Under the pieces are notes generated by a model. The model searched no databases and was not told the origin of the DNA. It was given only the letters and a program-made list of their open reading frames with translations. This document shows positions 1 through 8,664 of a DNA stretch of 44,350 nt, piece by piece. Location: the UHGV virus genome UHGV-0187309; one strand, 5' to 3'. Each line of letters opens with the position of its first letter. Positions within the stretch are counted from its first letter, which is position 1. A program made the translations under genes and the position numbers. The DNA is from a virus.

Positions 1-344
1 TTACCTTTCTTAGAGATAACAGTGAGGACTCGACACTGCGATAATGATGCAGTTTTTAATCCTAAACCAAATCTTCCAAGGTCATTTGTAGCTCTTATAT
101 CTAATGGATTTCTGCTTCCATATTGCATAGCTTTATCAATTTCAGGTGCATCCATACCGTTACCATTATCTAGCACAGCTATGTAAGCATCACCGACAGG
201 GAAGAAAAATATATCTATATTCTCAGAGCAGGCAGCAATACTATTATCGATAATATCTGCTATTGCTGCATCTAACGTATAACCGATTGCCCTTGTAGAT
301 TCAATCAATGTGGGTGCATATGGCGGTAGTTCTATAGTGTGCAT
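1..344 (-). CDS. GHKL-type ATPase (histidine kinase-like ATPase fold), N-terminal part only; gene runs off the left edge of the window
   Basis: Reverse-strand translation from ATG at 342-344 reads MHTIELPPYAPTLIESTRAIGYTLDAAIADIIDNSIAA...VLDNGNGMD...GRFGLGLK, matching the N-box, G1 and G2 motifs of GHKL ATPases; GGAGGG RBS upstream on minus strand. Not in ORF track because truncated. Confidence 0.55.
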   Translation of the reverse strand, partial: MHTIELPPYAPTLIESTRAIGYTLDAAIADIIDNSIAACSENIDIFFFPVGDAYIAVLDNGNGMDAPEIDKAMQYGSRNPLDIRATNDLGRFGLGLKTASLSQCRVLTVISKKG

Positions 345-400
345 ATTTTCTCCCTCCAGTATAGATATAATTTGCGAACGGGTAAAATACCCCATAATCT

Positions 401-429
401 ACTATACCACAATCTGCTGATTTTTTCAA
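401..429 (-). promoter_or_regulatory. sigma70-like promoter for the GHKL ATPase gene (TTGAAA-17-TATAGT on minus strand)
   Basis: Reverse complement of 401-429 gives TTGAAA, 17 nt spacer, TATAGT, about 55 nt upstream of the ATG at 344. Confidence 0.4.
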
Positions 430-519
430 TACACGATCCGCACTTTTTCAGAAAAAAGTAGGTGTTTTGTTTCCTTTCATTTTGTAAAGAGTTACTTTTT
501 TCTCTTGACAAATCATGAT

Positions 520-573
520 AAGATGCGAAAAACTCTGTGCAAGCATCGGACATCAGTGTCCATTTGCACAGAG
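520..573 (-). terminator. Rho-independent terminator downstream of the HExxH protein gene
   Basis: Perfect 10 bp inverted repeat CTCTGTGCAA / TTGCACAGAG (533-542, 564-573) with a nested GGACA/TGTCC palindrome, followed on the minus strand by a T-run. Confidence 0.55.
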
Positions 574-607
574 TCTTATTCTATGATTTACTTTCTCTAC
601 GGACTTA

Positions 608-1705
608 TCACTCCGAATACTCTCTCGCCATCTCTTTTATCTTCTCAACCATCATATCGCTGATGCAGCTTCCGATCTTCTCTAAAGTGTCCTCGTCCAT
701 CAACCAGAAACCTTTCTTATTAAGGTGTGCATCAAGTATCTTATACATTTTCCACATATGCGGCTGATAACACTCTGGTATATCGCTGATGCAGGTCGGC
801 TCTATGTTTTCATCGGGATAAACGCCGCCATTGATCTTCAGCTTACCCTCGTTAGCGGCATTTACAAATAATATCGTCAGATCGTCTGTGAGCAATTTTG
901 CGAAGTAGTGGGCAAGCGCATACTCATCAATGGTGTGCGAATAGTAGTAAAGCGTTGCTTCAAGAAAATCCTCTAACTGATTTACTATCCCGCCCCATAC
1001 ATCTGTTGTCCAGTCGAGCATTTCCGGATGATAGCTGTCACCGCCGGAGCGAATCGTATAGCTGACATGGTTTGCGATTACTTCTGCGATAAACTCCTGC
1101 CAGAACCAGTAGCCTTCCTGCTTTCGGCGTTCACTGCTGTATCTGCAGCCGTCGATTGCTGCATCATATAAAGGAGAATCATCTATCAGACCGGGTTCAT
1201 TATAACGGTGCAGATCATCTACCTCTGCATTGATAGTGTAGAAATGCCCAAGTTCATGCCAGAAGAAATGTTCAAAATAAACACGCAGCTCGAAGTCGTC
1301 ATGCACAGGCAAGTCTGCCACAAGCTCCCTGCGAATCAGAATCGCATTGCCTTTCTCACCGTGTATGTATTCCATGATGGAGTCAGGCGGTTCCTCTGTA
1401 TGAGGACAGCCGATGCTTTTGATGATCTTCTTTCTTGTCCGGGAATAACTGCTTGCAGTTGAAGTATACACCGGCGGAAACGGAATGCCGAGATCAGGCA
1501 TGATCTGCTCAAACTGCATCTTTGCCATTTCAGCCCAGTAAAGAATCGTTGCTTCGGGTATCGGGCGCGGCTTTGGCAGTTCAGCAGGATGTGCGGTATC
1601 TTCGCCGTTAGTACGCTCGGCAAATTCAAGCATACTCTTTACAAAATCAAGCGGCAAGCCTTTTTCTTCTGCCAGCTTCTGTGCTTCGACTTCAAGTTCA
1701 TTCAT
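608..1705 (-). CDS. Hypothetical protein with HExxH zinc-metallopeptidase-like motif (WHELGH)
   Basis: 365 aa ORF; HELGH motif in FEHFFWHELGHFY; no other recognisable family by eye. Confidence 0.75.
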   Translation of the reverse strand: MNELEVEAQKLAEEKGLPLDFVKSMLEFAERTNGEDTAHPAELPKPRPIPEATILYWAEMAKMQFEQIMPDLGIPFPPVYTSTASSYSRTRKKIIKSIGCPHTEEPPDSIMEYIHGEKGNAILIRRELVADLPVHDDFELRVYFEHFFWHELGHFYTINAEVDDLHRYNEPGLIDDSPLYDAAIDGCRYSSERRKQEGYWFWQEFIAEVIANHVSYTIRSGGDSYHPEMLDWTTDVWGGIVNQLEDFLEATLYYYSHTIDEYALAHYFAKLLTDDLTILFVNAANEGKLKINGGVYPDENIEPTCISDIPECYQPHMWKMYKILDAHLNKKGFWLMDEDTLEKIGSCISDMMVEKIKEMAREYSE

Positions 1706-1851
1706 GCGCTTTACTCCTTGTAAAATAGTACAATAATTTATTTTTTATTATAGCACAATTGCCGCCTGTTTTCAAGCCTTTAGAGAGCGTTTTCATATAA
1801 AAACTCAGGCTCTGTGAGAAGACACTATACCTCTCACAGAGCCTCTATTCA

Positions 1852-2487
1852 TTATACAGCCTTTTCCATCACTACCTCAGTCAAAGCCCTCTTGCATATC
1901 TCAGCAGGATTCCCGTTCGGCTTTATCCAGCTTTCAACGTCCTCTCTACTCAGTATCACCGGCATTCGGTCGTGGATGCTTCTCAGTTCCTCGGTTGCGT
2001 CCCGTGTGATTACCGCAAACACCGGGCAATTAACTCCGTTTCTCTCCTCGATCCTATACAACAGCCCAGCAAGCAGCGTAGATTCGGCTCCTTTCGGCTG
2101 TATCAGGTATTTATCGCCAACCTTCTTCTTTTTCCCGTCCGGACTCCTGAAATGCTCCCATTCAAAGTACCAACTGCTCGGAATTACGCATCTACTTCGG
2201 AACCATGAGTCCTTCCACATTTCCTTCTGGTCAGCCGTTTCGAGGCGGCAGTTCACGATTGGAGCATCGGTCGCGTCATGACTGAAACCCCAGAGCATCG
2301 GAAAAACTTCCATTCTTCCGTCCTTATTCGGTGCTAAAACCGCAGCAACATCAGTCGGACGCAGTTCACCGGACATAAACAGCGGTTTGCCGAGTTTTAC
2401 CATGATAGTATTCGCTAGCTCCAGTTTCTGTGCCCGTGTGATCAGCGGAGCGAACTGAGCAGGCTCTACATAGAAGCGTGTACACAT
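1852..2487 (-). CDS. SOS-response-associated peptidase (SRAP / YedK / HMCES-like, DUF159) abasic-site processing protein
   Basis: 211 aa; N-terminal MCTRF with Cys2 (catalytic Cys of SRAP family), overall SRAP-like length and motif pattern. Confidence 0.8.
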   Translation of the reverse strand: MCTRFYVEPAQFAPLITRAQKLELANTIMVKLGKPLFMSGELRPTDVAAVLAPNKDGRMEVFPMLWGFSHDATDAPIVNCRLETADQKEMWKDSWFRSRCVIPSSWYFEWEHFRSPDGKKKKVGDKYLIQPKGAESTLLAGLLYRIEERNGVNCPVFAVITRDATEELRSIHDRMPVILSREDVESWIKPNGNPAEICKRALTEVVMEKAV

Positions 2488-2501
2488 AAGACCACGACCT
2501 T

Positions 2502-3059
2502 TCAGCCTTCGATCATTCTCAGCTTATAGTGTTTTCGGCAGAGTGCTGTATAACTCTCATTACCGCCGAGCTGTACCTGTTCTCCCTCTGTGACCATTTC
2601 ACCGTTCAGGAGTCTTGCATTGAAGTGCGCTCTTTTGCCGCACCAGCAGATGGTCTTGATCTGCTCAATATCGTCTGCAAGCTCCATGAGCCGCTGTGCG
2701 CCGGGAAACAGATGACTCTGGAAGTCTGTCCGCAGGCCGTAGCAGATAACTGTGATGCCATGAAAATCCACAAGATCACTGAGCTTGTCTATCATTTCAG
2801 GTGACAGGAACTGCACCTCGTCAACGATGATACAGTCATAATGCTCACCATTATAGTCAGCAAGGAAGTTTTCAGCAAACTCGCAGGGTTCTTCAAGTCC
2901 GATGCGGGATTTTAGGTTCTTCGCACCGTCCCTGTCCTCGCATCTCGGCTTCAGCAGAAGCACTTTTTTGTCTCTCTCATAGTAGTTATATCGAACCATA
3001 AGCGCATTGGCGGTCTTGGAGCTGCCCATTGCGCCGTATCTGAATATCAGTTTTGCCAT
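2502..3059 (-). CDS. tdk: Thymidine kinase
   Basis: 185 aa; P-loop YGAMGSSKT, IIVDEVQF Walker B, C-terminal Cys cluster (CWCG...C) typical of type II thymidine kinases. Confidence 0.9.
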   Translation of the reverse strand: MAKLIFRYGAMGSSKTANALMVRYNYYERDKKVLLLKPRCEDRDGAKNLKSRIGLEEPCEFAENFLADYNGEHYDCIIVDEVQFLSPEMIDKLSDLVDFHGITVICYGLRTDFQSHLFPGAQRLMELADDIEQIKTICWCGKRAHFNARLLNGEMVTEGEQVQLGGNESYTALCRKHYKLRMIEG

Positions 3060-3064
3060 CTGCC

Positions 3065-3955
3065 TTACTCCTCATCGTCCTCGTGCATGACTTCATATCG
3101 CTTGATATCTCTCTTGCTTGCAATGGAAGCGGGTTCAAGGATACCGAGAACGCGCCCGATCAGAGTGACATTGTCATATTCTGTGAATGTCATGGTATCA
3201 TACTTATCATTAAACGATACCAGACCTTCTTCCTCATATATCTTTATGTATGTACTGTTTCCAACCATGAAAGCGCCGACCTCATCGTATTGCAGCTCCG
3301 GACAGCCGGGATACTTCTCCACAAGAACAAGGTCGCCGTCATGATACTCAGGCTCCATACTGTCGCCGTTGACAGGAAACACAAGGTCTGCCTGCCGTAT
3401 TGCTGTGTTCGTATTCGGATACAGATAGATCGGTGTTCCGTTGTCCTCAAACTCCGCCCCGCCGTCAAAGCCTGCTGCAAGCCCCTTGTCGCAGAGTGTC
3501 AGTTTGATGATCTCCGGGAAGCTGCCGACAGTCTCTGCCGCTTCAAGCGAGGATAGCAGACTGTCCATTGCAAGCTGGTGCGGATACGACAGTCCACGGT
3601 ATCTCTCTACCATAGACTTTTCCTTATCAGTATAGGTATCTTGCTTGTTTTCGATGCCATATAGTTCATACAGCGTGATACCAAGTGCGTCACATAGCTT
3701 AGGAACAACGCTGAAATCCGGGCGGGTTCTTCCGTTCTCCCAGTTACTGATAGCATTTGAGGTCACGCCGATTTTTTCTGCAATCACTTTCTGATCTAAT
3801 TTTAGACGCTCCCTGTAGTATTTGATGCGACCGCCAACCGCGTGAGCGTCCTTACGGTGGGCAGGATCAGAGATGTTACTCTTAATATCCTTGCCTCCCT
3901 GTGAGACTGAGATATTCGGTTTCTTACGCTGTTTCATTACAAAGCTCTCCTTCAA
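3065..3955 (-). CDS. Phage CI/LexA-like repressor (XRE-type HTH plus S24 peptidase domain)
   Basis: 296 aa; N-terminal HTH (QKVIAEKIGVTSNAISNWENGRTRP), C-terminal S24 signature GDSMEP and a downstream Lys; divergent from the next gene with intervening promoters. Confidence 0.9.
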   Translation of the reverse strand: MKESFVMKQRKKPNISVSQGGKDIKSNISDPAHRKDAHAVGGRIKYYRERLKLDQKVIAEKIGVTSNAISNWENGRTRPDFSVVPKLCDALGITLYELYGIENKQDTYTDKEKSMVERYRGLSYPHQLAMDSLLSSLEAAETVGSFPEIIKLTLCDKGLAAGFDGGAEFEDNGTPIYLYPNTNTAIRQADLVFPVNGDSMEPEYHDGDLVLVEKYPGCPELQYDEVGAFMVGNSTYIKIYEEEGLVSFNDKYDTMTFTEYDNVTLIGRVLGILEPASIASKRDIKRYEVMHEDDEE

Positions 3956-4097
3956 GAATGTATGGGATAGTCAATCCTCAAAACGAACAAATATTCTTAT
4001 TGAAATCTGTGCAACCCTACAAAGTTTATCAAAGACTTTTCAACGCTGAAAACGTTAGAAATGCGAAATTTGGCGTAGGCATTGCATCTTTGATCAC

Positions 4098-4126
4098 ATT
4101 ATAGCACACAATCGGTGTTTTGTCAA
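4098..4126 (-). promoter_or_regulatory. Repressor promoter (TTGACA-17-TATAAT on minus strand)
   Basis: Reverse complement of 4098-4126 reads TTGACA, 17 nt, TATAAT with TGn extended -10. Confidence 0.6.
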
Positions 4127-4131
4127 TACAA

Positions 4132-4147
4132 AATTGCACTTGCAATT
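4132..4147. promoter_or_regulatory. Palindromic candidate operator AATTGCA-CT-TGCAATT overlapping the -35 of the rightward promoter
   Basis: Perfect 7 bp inverted repeat with 2 bp centre, located between the two divergent promoters. Confidence 0.5.
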
Positions 4148-4168
4148 CGTTTGACGGTGTGATATAAT
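4140..4168 (+). promoter_or_regulatory. Rightward promoter (TTGCAA-17-TATAAT) for the ImmA-like gene
   Basis: TTGCAA at 4140-4145, 17 nt spacer, TATAAT at 4163-4168; about 200 nt leader before ATG at 4370. Confidence 0.55.
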
Positions 4169-4369
4169 AGCAATGTCGGTATTCCGCCTACAGGAAAATG
4201 AGACCGAAGGCTGGTGCAGTGTGTCCGTCTTAAGGTGTGTGACAGGACAGACTGCCGGTCAGAGTACCGACAACTTCGCCATCAACCCACTTCGCCACGA
4301 TAGATATACAGAACAATAGAATGGAGCTAATGTTGGAAATACCATAAGTTGCGAAACAGGAGGGCGTAA

Positions 4370-6298
4370 ATGACTATATATCTTGATAGAGGACCGTTTC
4401 TCACCATTCCCGACAAGCTGCATTCGGGGCAGTACAGAGTGATCCGCAACCCCGACTGGCACGGAGTACTGCCGGAGATCGTGTCCTTCACCGATTTTCT
4501 CAAATGGAATTACACACTGGAGTATGGTCAGTATATCCGCAAATTGCACTACTACCACCAGCTTCCGCTGCCGTGGGTCGTTCCACAGGATGCCGAGATA
4601 GAAACTGTCATCATCGAGGAAGGCAGATATGACCGCATTGATCACAATTCCTTTGATATGTATGTGATATGCGATGTCGTGTTCGAGATGAACGGCTGCC
4701 GGCAGTGCCAGAAGTATATCGTACACGGCTTTTACTGCTCTTACGGCGGTTCAGACTTTCTGTGCGGTGCGGAGCTCTACAATGGTCAGTTTATCCGGCT
4801 GAACAATCCCTTAGATGAGTTTCTGGTTCCCATCCTTTCAAAGAAAGAATTTGCAAGCATTGCACAAGCAATCATCGACCACTACTATTCATACAAATCG
4901 AATTATCCCTGCCGCATCAATACTGCTTCAATTGCAAAGGCAATGGGTCACGATATAAAGTATGCCAGACTGTCAAAAAACGGAAATGTCAAGTCCAAGC
5001 TGATCCTGGACAAGCGGGATACGACCGTCTATGATAAGGAATACAAAGCTGTCAAAATGCGGATCGACAGTCCTACGATCCTTGTGGACGAGTCATTGGA
5101 GGAGGATGAAGCGCAGAACGCCATTATTCATGAGTGCGTTCACGCTTACCTTCACAACCTCTTCTATGAGCTGCAGAGCTACTATCGGAAAATGGTCGGC
5201 AGGAAGATGCCGGAGTTCAATGACTACTTCTATTCCAAGACGCAGCGTAGCTGCCTGAAATGGATGGAAACACAGGCAAATGCCATCCCACGCTTTATTC
5301 AGATGCCGGAGGAGCAGGCATCCGATGTCATCCTGAACTTCTTCGAGCGACTCCCCGGAGAGCCTGACTGGGACGATTACAGAGAACTGATCGACCTTGT
5401 GAAATGGAAGTTCGGAGTATCCCGCAATGCTGCGAAGAAGCGTATCATTGAGCTTGGCTGGCCGGAGGTGCGCGGTGTGTATGTCTACAACACCACAGGA
5501 TATGTTGAGGACTACGATGTAGAGCTAAGATTCCCGCAGGACTATACCTATACACTGTCATTCCGCCAAATCTCTGATGTGTTTGCATCCTGCGAGACCT
5601 TCGCAGAGCTTGTCCGTTCCAAGAAGTTCATCTATCTGGACGGTCATGTTGTGATCAACAGCGACAGGTATATCCGCAAGGAACACGGCTTAGCTATGGG
5701 CTTGACAGAGTATGCTAGACACCACATGGCAGAGTGCTGTCTGGATTTCAAGCGTATCTACGCAGAATTCGACTACAGCTATACCTATGGCGAGCTACAC
5801 AAGGATGACCTGACCGAGATCACGGCCGAAAACCGTTCGTTCAGCGATGAACAGCGAAAGAAGATCCGCATGGCAATGTATGAGATCACAGAAGAAAACT
5901 ATAAACTGACCGTTCCTTCAGATGTCAACGAATTCGGCAAGGCGGTGCGTTTCCATATGGAGAGATGCGGTCTCACCTCGGATCTGGTTGCAGACCGCAG
6001 CGGCATGGGTGTGAACACTGTCAATAAGATGCGCAGTGGCAAGAGAGTGAAGCTCGAAACAGTGCTAGCTTTTTGTGTCGCTTTGGAGCTTGAAGAGTCG
6101 TTCCGCATTGACCTTATGCAGAAAGCGAAGGTTGATTATGATATGAGCAATCCTGCCCATCGGCTCTATGTCACGATCTTTGAGCTGATGCCGAAGGCAA
6201 ATGTCTTTCAGATCAACGATCTGCTGAAGGCAGAAGGCTTTACGCCGTGGACGAGGGACTGCGAGGAAAAGAAGCGGTATGCTAAGAAAAGTATGTAA
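4370..6298 (+). CDS. Large ImmA/IrrE-like HExxH metallopeptidase-domain protein with C-terminal XRE-type HTH
   Basis: 642 aa; HExxH in IIHECVHAYLH; C-terminal HTH-like segment RSGMGVNTVNKMRSGKRVKLETVLAFCVALEL; AGGAGGG RBS. Confidence 0.8.
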   Translation: MTIYLDRGPFLTIPDKLHSGQYRVIRNPDWHGVLPEIVSFTDFLKWNYTLEYGQYIRKLHYYHQLPLPWVVPQDAEIETVIIEEGRYDRIDHNSFDMYVICDVVFEMNGCRQCQKYIVHGFYCSYGGSDFLCGAELYNGQFIRLNNPLDEFLVPILSKKEFASIAQAIIDHYYSYKSNYPCRINTASIAKAMGHDIKYARLSKNGNVKSKLILDKRDTTVYDKEYKAVKMRIDSPTILVDESLEEDEAQNAIIHECVHAYLHNLFYELQSYYRKMVGRKMPEFNDYFYSKTQRSCLKWMETQANAIPRFIQMPEEQASDVILNFFERLPGEPDWDDYRELIDLVKWKFGVSRNAAKKRIIELGWPEVRGVYVYNTTGYVEDYDVELRFPQDYTYTLSFRQISDVFASCETFAELVRSKKFIYLDGHVVINSDRYIRKEHGLAMGLTEYARHHMAECCLDFKRIYAEFDYSYTYGELHKDDLTEITAENRSFSDEQRKKIRMAMYEITEENYKLTVPSDVNEFGKAVRFHMERCGLTSDLVADRSGMGVNTVNKMRSGKRVKLETVLAFCVALELEESFRIDLMQKAKVDYDMSNPAHRLYVTIFELMPKANVFQINDLLKAEGFTPWTRDCEEKKRYAKKSM

Positions 6299-6312
6299 TA
6301 ACGGCATTTTCA

Positions 6313-6337
6313 GGAGGCTTTCGAGCCTCCTTTTTTT
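6313..6337 (+). terminator. Rho-independent terminator
   Basis: GGAGGCT-TTCG-AGCCTCC hairpin followed by TTTTTTT. Confidence 0.8.
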
Positions 6338-6946
6338 ATGCCCTGAAATATTTTCATGAAGCCCCCAGAAAAAATGGGGGCGATTTGCGTTTTTGAAATA
6401 GTTTAGAGACAGAATGTTCATAGAATATCCATTTAATTTAGATGATATGAACAAGTGAAGATGATATATCAAAGTTGAGATAAGCACAGTGCATAAAAAG
6501 CAGCCCCCATTTTTTATGTATGTAAAAGAAGATTCGGATATGTTATGATATAGACACGGTCAAGGACAGGCACCACCTTCCAAGACTGAAACACCACAAT
6601 GCCGGATGCATACGGCAGAGGATGTTCATATGATATCTGAACAGAATGCCATAGGTATACCCTGTGGTCGGAAGCCGATGTCATATGTCTACTCTGTGCT
6701 ATGCATCCGGCTATTTTTTTTGCCGCGGCATTCGGAGCATGGCAATTAGATCATTACATTTGTTAGTCAGGGCGCGCACTGGCGGACAGATGCTCATAGC
6801 GGAAATAACATCACGATTTGGAGTCTGTATAGACTGACAAGGTGTATTTCGTGTGGACATCGTCCCCTGCGTGCCTTTTTCTCTGGGACAGCAGTCGCGT
6901 TATGGGCATCTGCCGCTTGGTGTGTTCCTTGCAGAAAGGAACGATT

Positions 6947-7669
6947 ATGGAAAACGCAAATGTTCAGAATGCTGCCGCTATCACCGATAAGACCACCCTC
7001 GGCGAACTGCTTGCAATGCTTGACCTCGCTGATAAGGCAGGCAAGATGCCGACACCGAGAGAACTGTTTGAGACTGCCGGTTCGCCGATAGCCGATATGA
7101 ATGGCTGCACTCTCTTCAGCAACGGCTTCGCCATCTATCAGAATGTCACTGGGCGCACTGTTGTCTGGCTGCCGTACTGCAAGAGCTTCACCTATTACTT
7201 CGGCAAGCTCCGTGATTCCGAGAAAGACACGCTGACAGAGACCTATGAGCTGCCGGATGGATTTCTGGAAACACAGCCGTGGGTGATCGCAGTAACACTG
7301 ATCGGCGACCATCGTGTGGAGGCAAACAGCATGAACCGCACCGGCAGCCGCAAGGATACCACAGATTATGACAGCGCCGATAACGGCGATAAAGACGGTG
7401 ATGCAGAGGAGGCTTTGGCAGATCCGTATCGCAGGGCATTCAACTGGTATGACGGACGCATGGGCGAGAATCCGCAGGATGCCGTGGAGCGCAGAGAGAC
7501 ACGCGAGGAGATGCTTGCAGACATGACGGACAAGCAGCGTGAAGCCTTTATTATGTACTTCAGGGATGGTATGACGCAGGAAGAGATTGCTTCATATATA
7601 GGGGTAAGCCGTGATTCCATAAATGACAGGCTTGAAGGTGCTTTGAAAAAAGCAAAAAAATATTTTTAG
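6947..7669 (+). CDS. Sigma-70 region-4-like DNA-binding regulator
   Basis: C-terminal QREAFIMYFRDGMTQEEIASYIGVSRDSINDRLEGALKKAKK resembles sigma region 4 HTH; start at ATG 6947 (AAAGGAAC RBS) rather than the longer ORF start at 6842. Confidence 0.7.
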   Translation: MENANVQNAAAITDKTTLGELLAMLDLADKAGKMPTPRELFETAGSPIADMNGCTLFSNGFAIYQNVTGRTVVWLPYCKSFTYYFGKLRDSEKDTLTETYELPDGFLETQPWVIAVTLIGDHRVEANSMNRTGSRKDTTDYDSADNGDKDGDAEEALADPYRRAFNWYDGRMGENPQDAVERRETREEMLADMTDKQREAFIMYFRDGMTQEEIASYIGVSRDSINDRLEGALKKAKKYF

Positions 7670-7711
7670 GATACCCACAAAAAGACCTCTCCCACGACAG
7701 TATATGAGAGG
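7669..7711 (+). repeat. Copy 1 of a ~43 bp direct repeat (GGATACCCACAAAA-GCC-CTCTCCCACGACAGTATATGAG-GGG) containing a hairpin
   Basis: About 90 percent identical to 21496-21537; both copies lie just 3' of a gene end and are preceded by an A/T-rich run. Confidence 0.7.
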
Positions 7712-7806
7712 GCTTGAAAAGAAACCAAACCGCAAGCGGCTGCAAAGCCCTCGCAGCCGAACCATTATTACATCGGTCGAAAGACCTGAACAGAAAGGAA
7801 ATGCTT

Positions 7807-8169
7807 ATGCCTATGGAAAACAGAGTCCCGAAAAACCGCTACAACGGCGGTGCCGCAACCGATGCCGACAAGCAGGACAAGCCCGATGTGCTGAAGATGA
7901 TCGAAACGGCAATGGACAAGCGTGCGGCGGGCATCGCACAGACGGTCACGGATATGTTCCGTTTCATGTCGATGGCATCTGCCATGCTCCCGAATATGGA
8001 GATGGATGTCGGTGTGTTCCGTCTGAAGATCGACGATGACGGCATCTTTTTCGAGATCAACCATCCGTTCCGCAAGCGCAAGCAGCGTGATATCTCCAAT
8101 GACTGCTGTGCCGAGGAGCCGGACAACTATGATGATGACGAGGAGGGACTGATTTATGACGGAGACTGA
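7807..8169 (+). CDS. Hypothetical protein
   Basis: ORF 7714-8169; start placed at ATG 7807 after AAAGGA RBS; acidic C-terminus. Confidence 0.55.
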   Translation: MPMENRVPKNRYNGGAATDADKQDKPDVLKMIETAMDKRAAGIAQTVTDMFRFMSMASAMLPNMEMDVGVFRLKIDDDGIFFEINHPFRKRKQRDISNDCCAEEPDNYDDDEEGLIYDGD

Positions 8170-8650
8170 AAAGAAATTCCCTGTGCCGGGACCGCTTCCC
8201 GTAGACGCAAAGAAGCTGATCGATGGGCTTGGCACGATCTTCGGCGGCGTGATCCAGCTTCTGGCAGCAATGGAGCCGAACATGGCAAAGGAGCTGGCGG
8301 ACATGGCGATCAACGGTGTGCCAAAGGAGACTGCGCCGGAGGAAATCAATCCGGACGATTTCGAGGAGATCATCACCGCTGACGATCTGCCGTGGGATAC
8401 AGAGCCGGAGCAGCCCGAAGAGCCGAAACCTGCGGAAAAGCCCAAACCGAAGAAGGCGGCAAAGAGGGCGGAGCCTGCATCGGAGCTGACCGCTGATGAC
8501 CTCATCCGCGTGGTGACGCAGAAGATCAAGCAGAACCGTGCCAACAAGGACAAAGTGCTGGCGCTGCTGAAATCCTACGGTGCGGCAAAAGTCAGCGATA
8601 TACCTGCGGACAAGTACGAAGCGTTTCTCACTGACCTGTCGCAGCTCTGA
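8156..8650 (+). CDS. Hypothetical protein (Pro/Glu/Lys-rich central linker)
   Basis: 164 aa ORF with GAGGAGGGA RBS 7 nt upstream; overlaps previous stop. Confidence 0.7.
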   Translation: MTETEKKFPVPGPLPVDAKKLIDGLGTIFGGVIQLLAAMEPNMAKELADMAINGVPKETAPEEINPDDFEEIITADDLPWDTEPEQPEEPKPAEKPKPKKAAKRAEPASELTADDLIRVVTQKIKQNRANKDKVLALLKSYGAAKVSDIPADKYEAFLTDLSQL

Positions 8651-8664
8651 TCGGAGGTGGCACG

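Noticed and set aside
4259-4726. 155-aa minus-strand ORF spanning the leader and start of the ImmA-like gene
   Set aside because: Overlaps a well-supported divergent gene start and promoter region; no RBS.
6842-6946. Longer N-terminal extension of the sigma-like gene (ORF track start at 6842)
   Set aside because: No RBS before 6842 and the extension is Cys/Ser/Leu-rich junk-like; ATG 6947 has a proper AAAGGAAC RBS.
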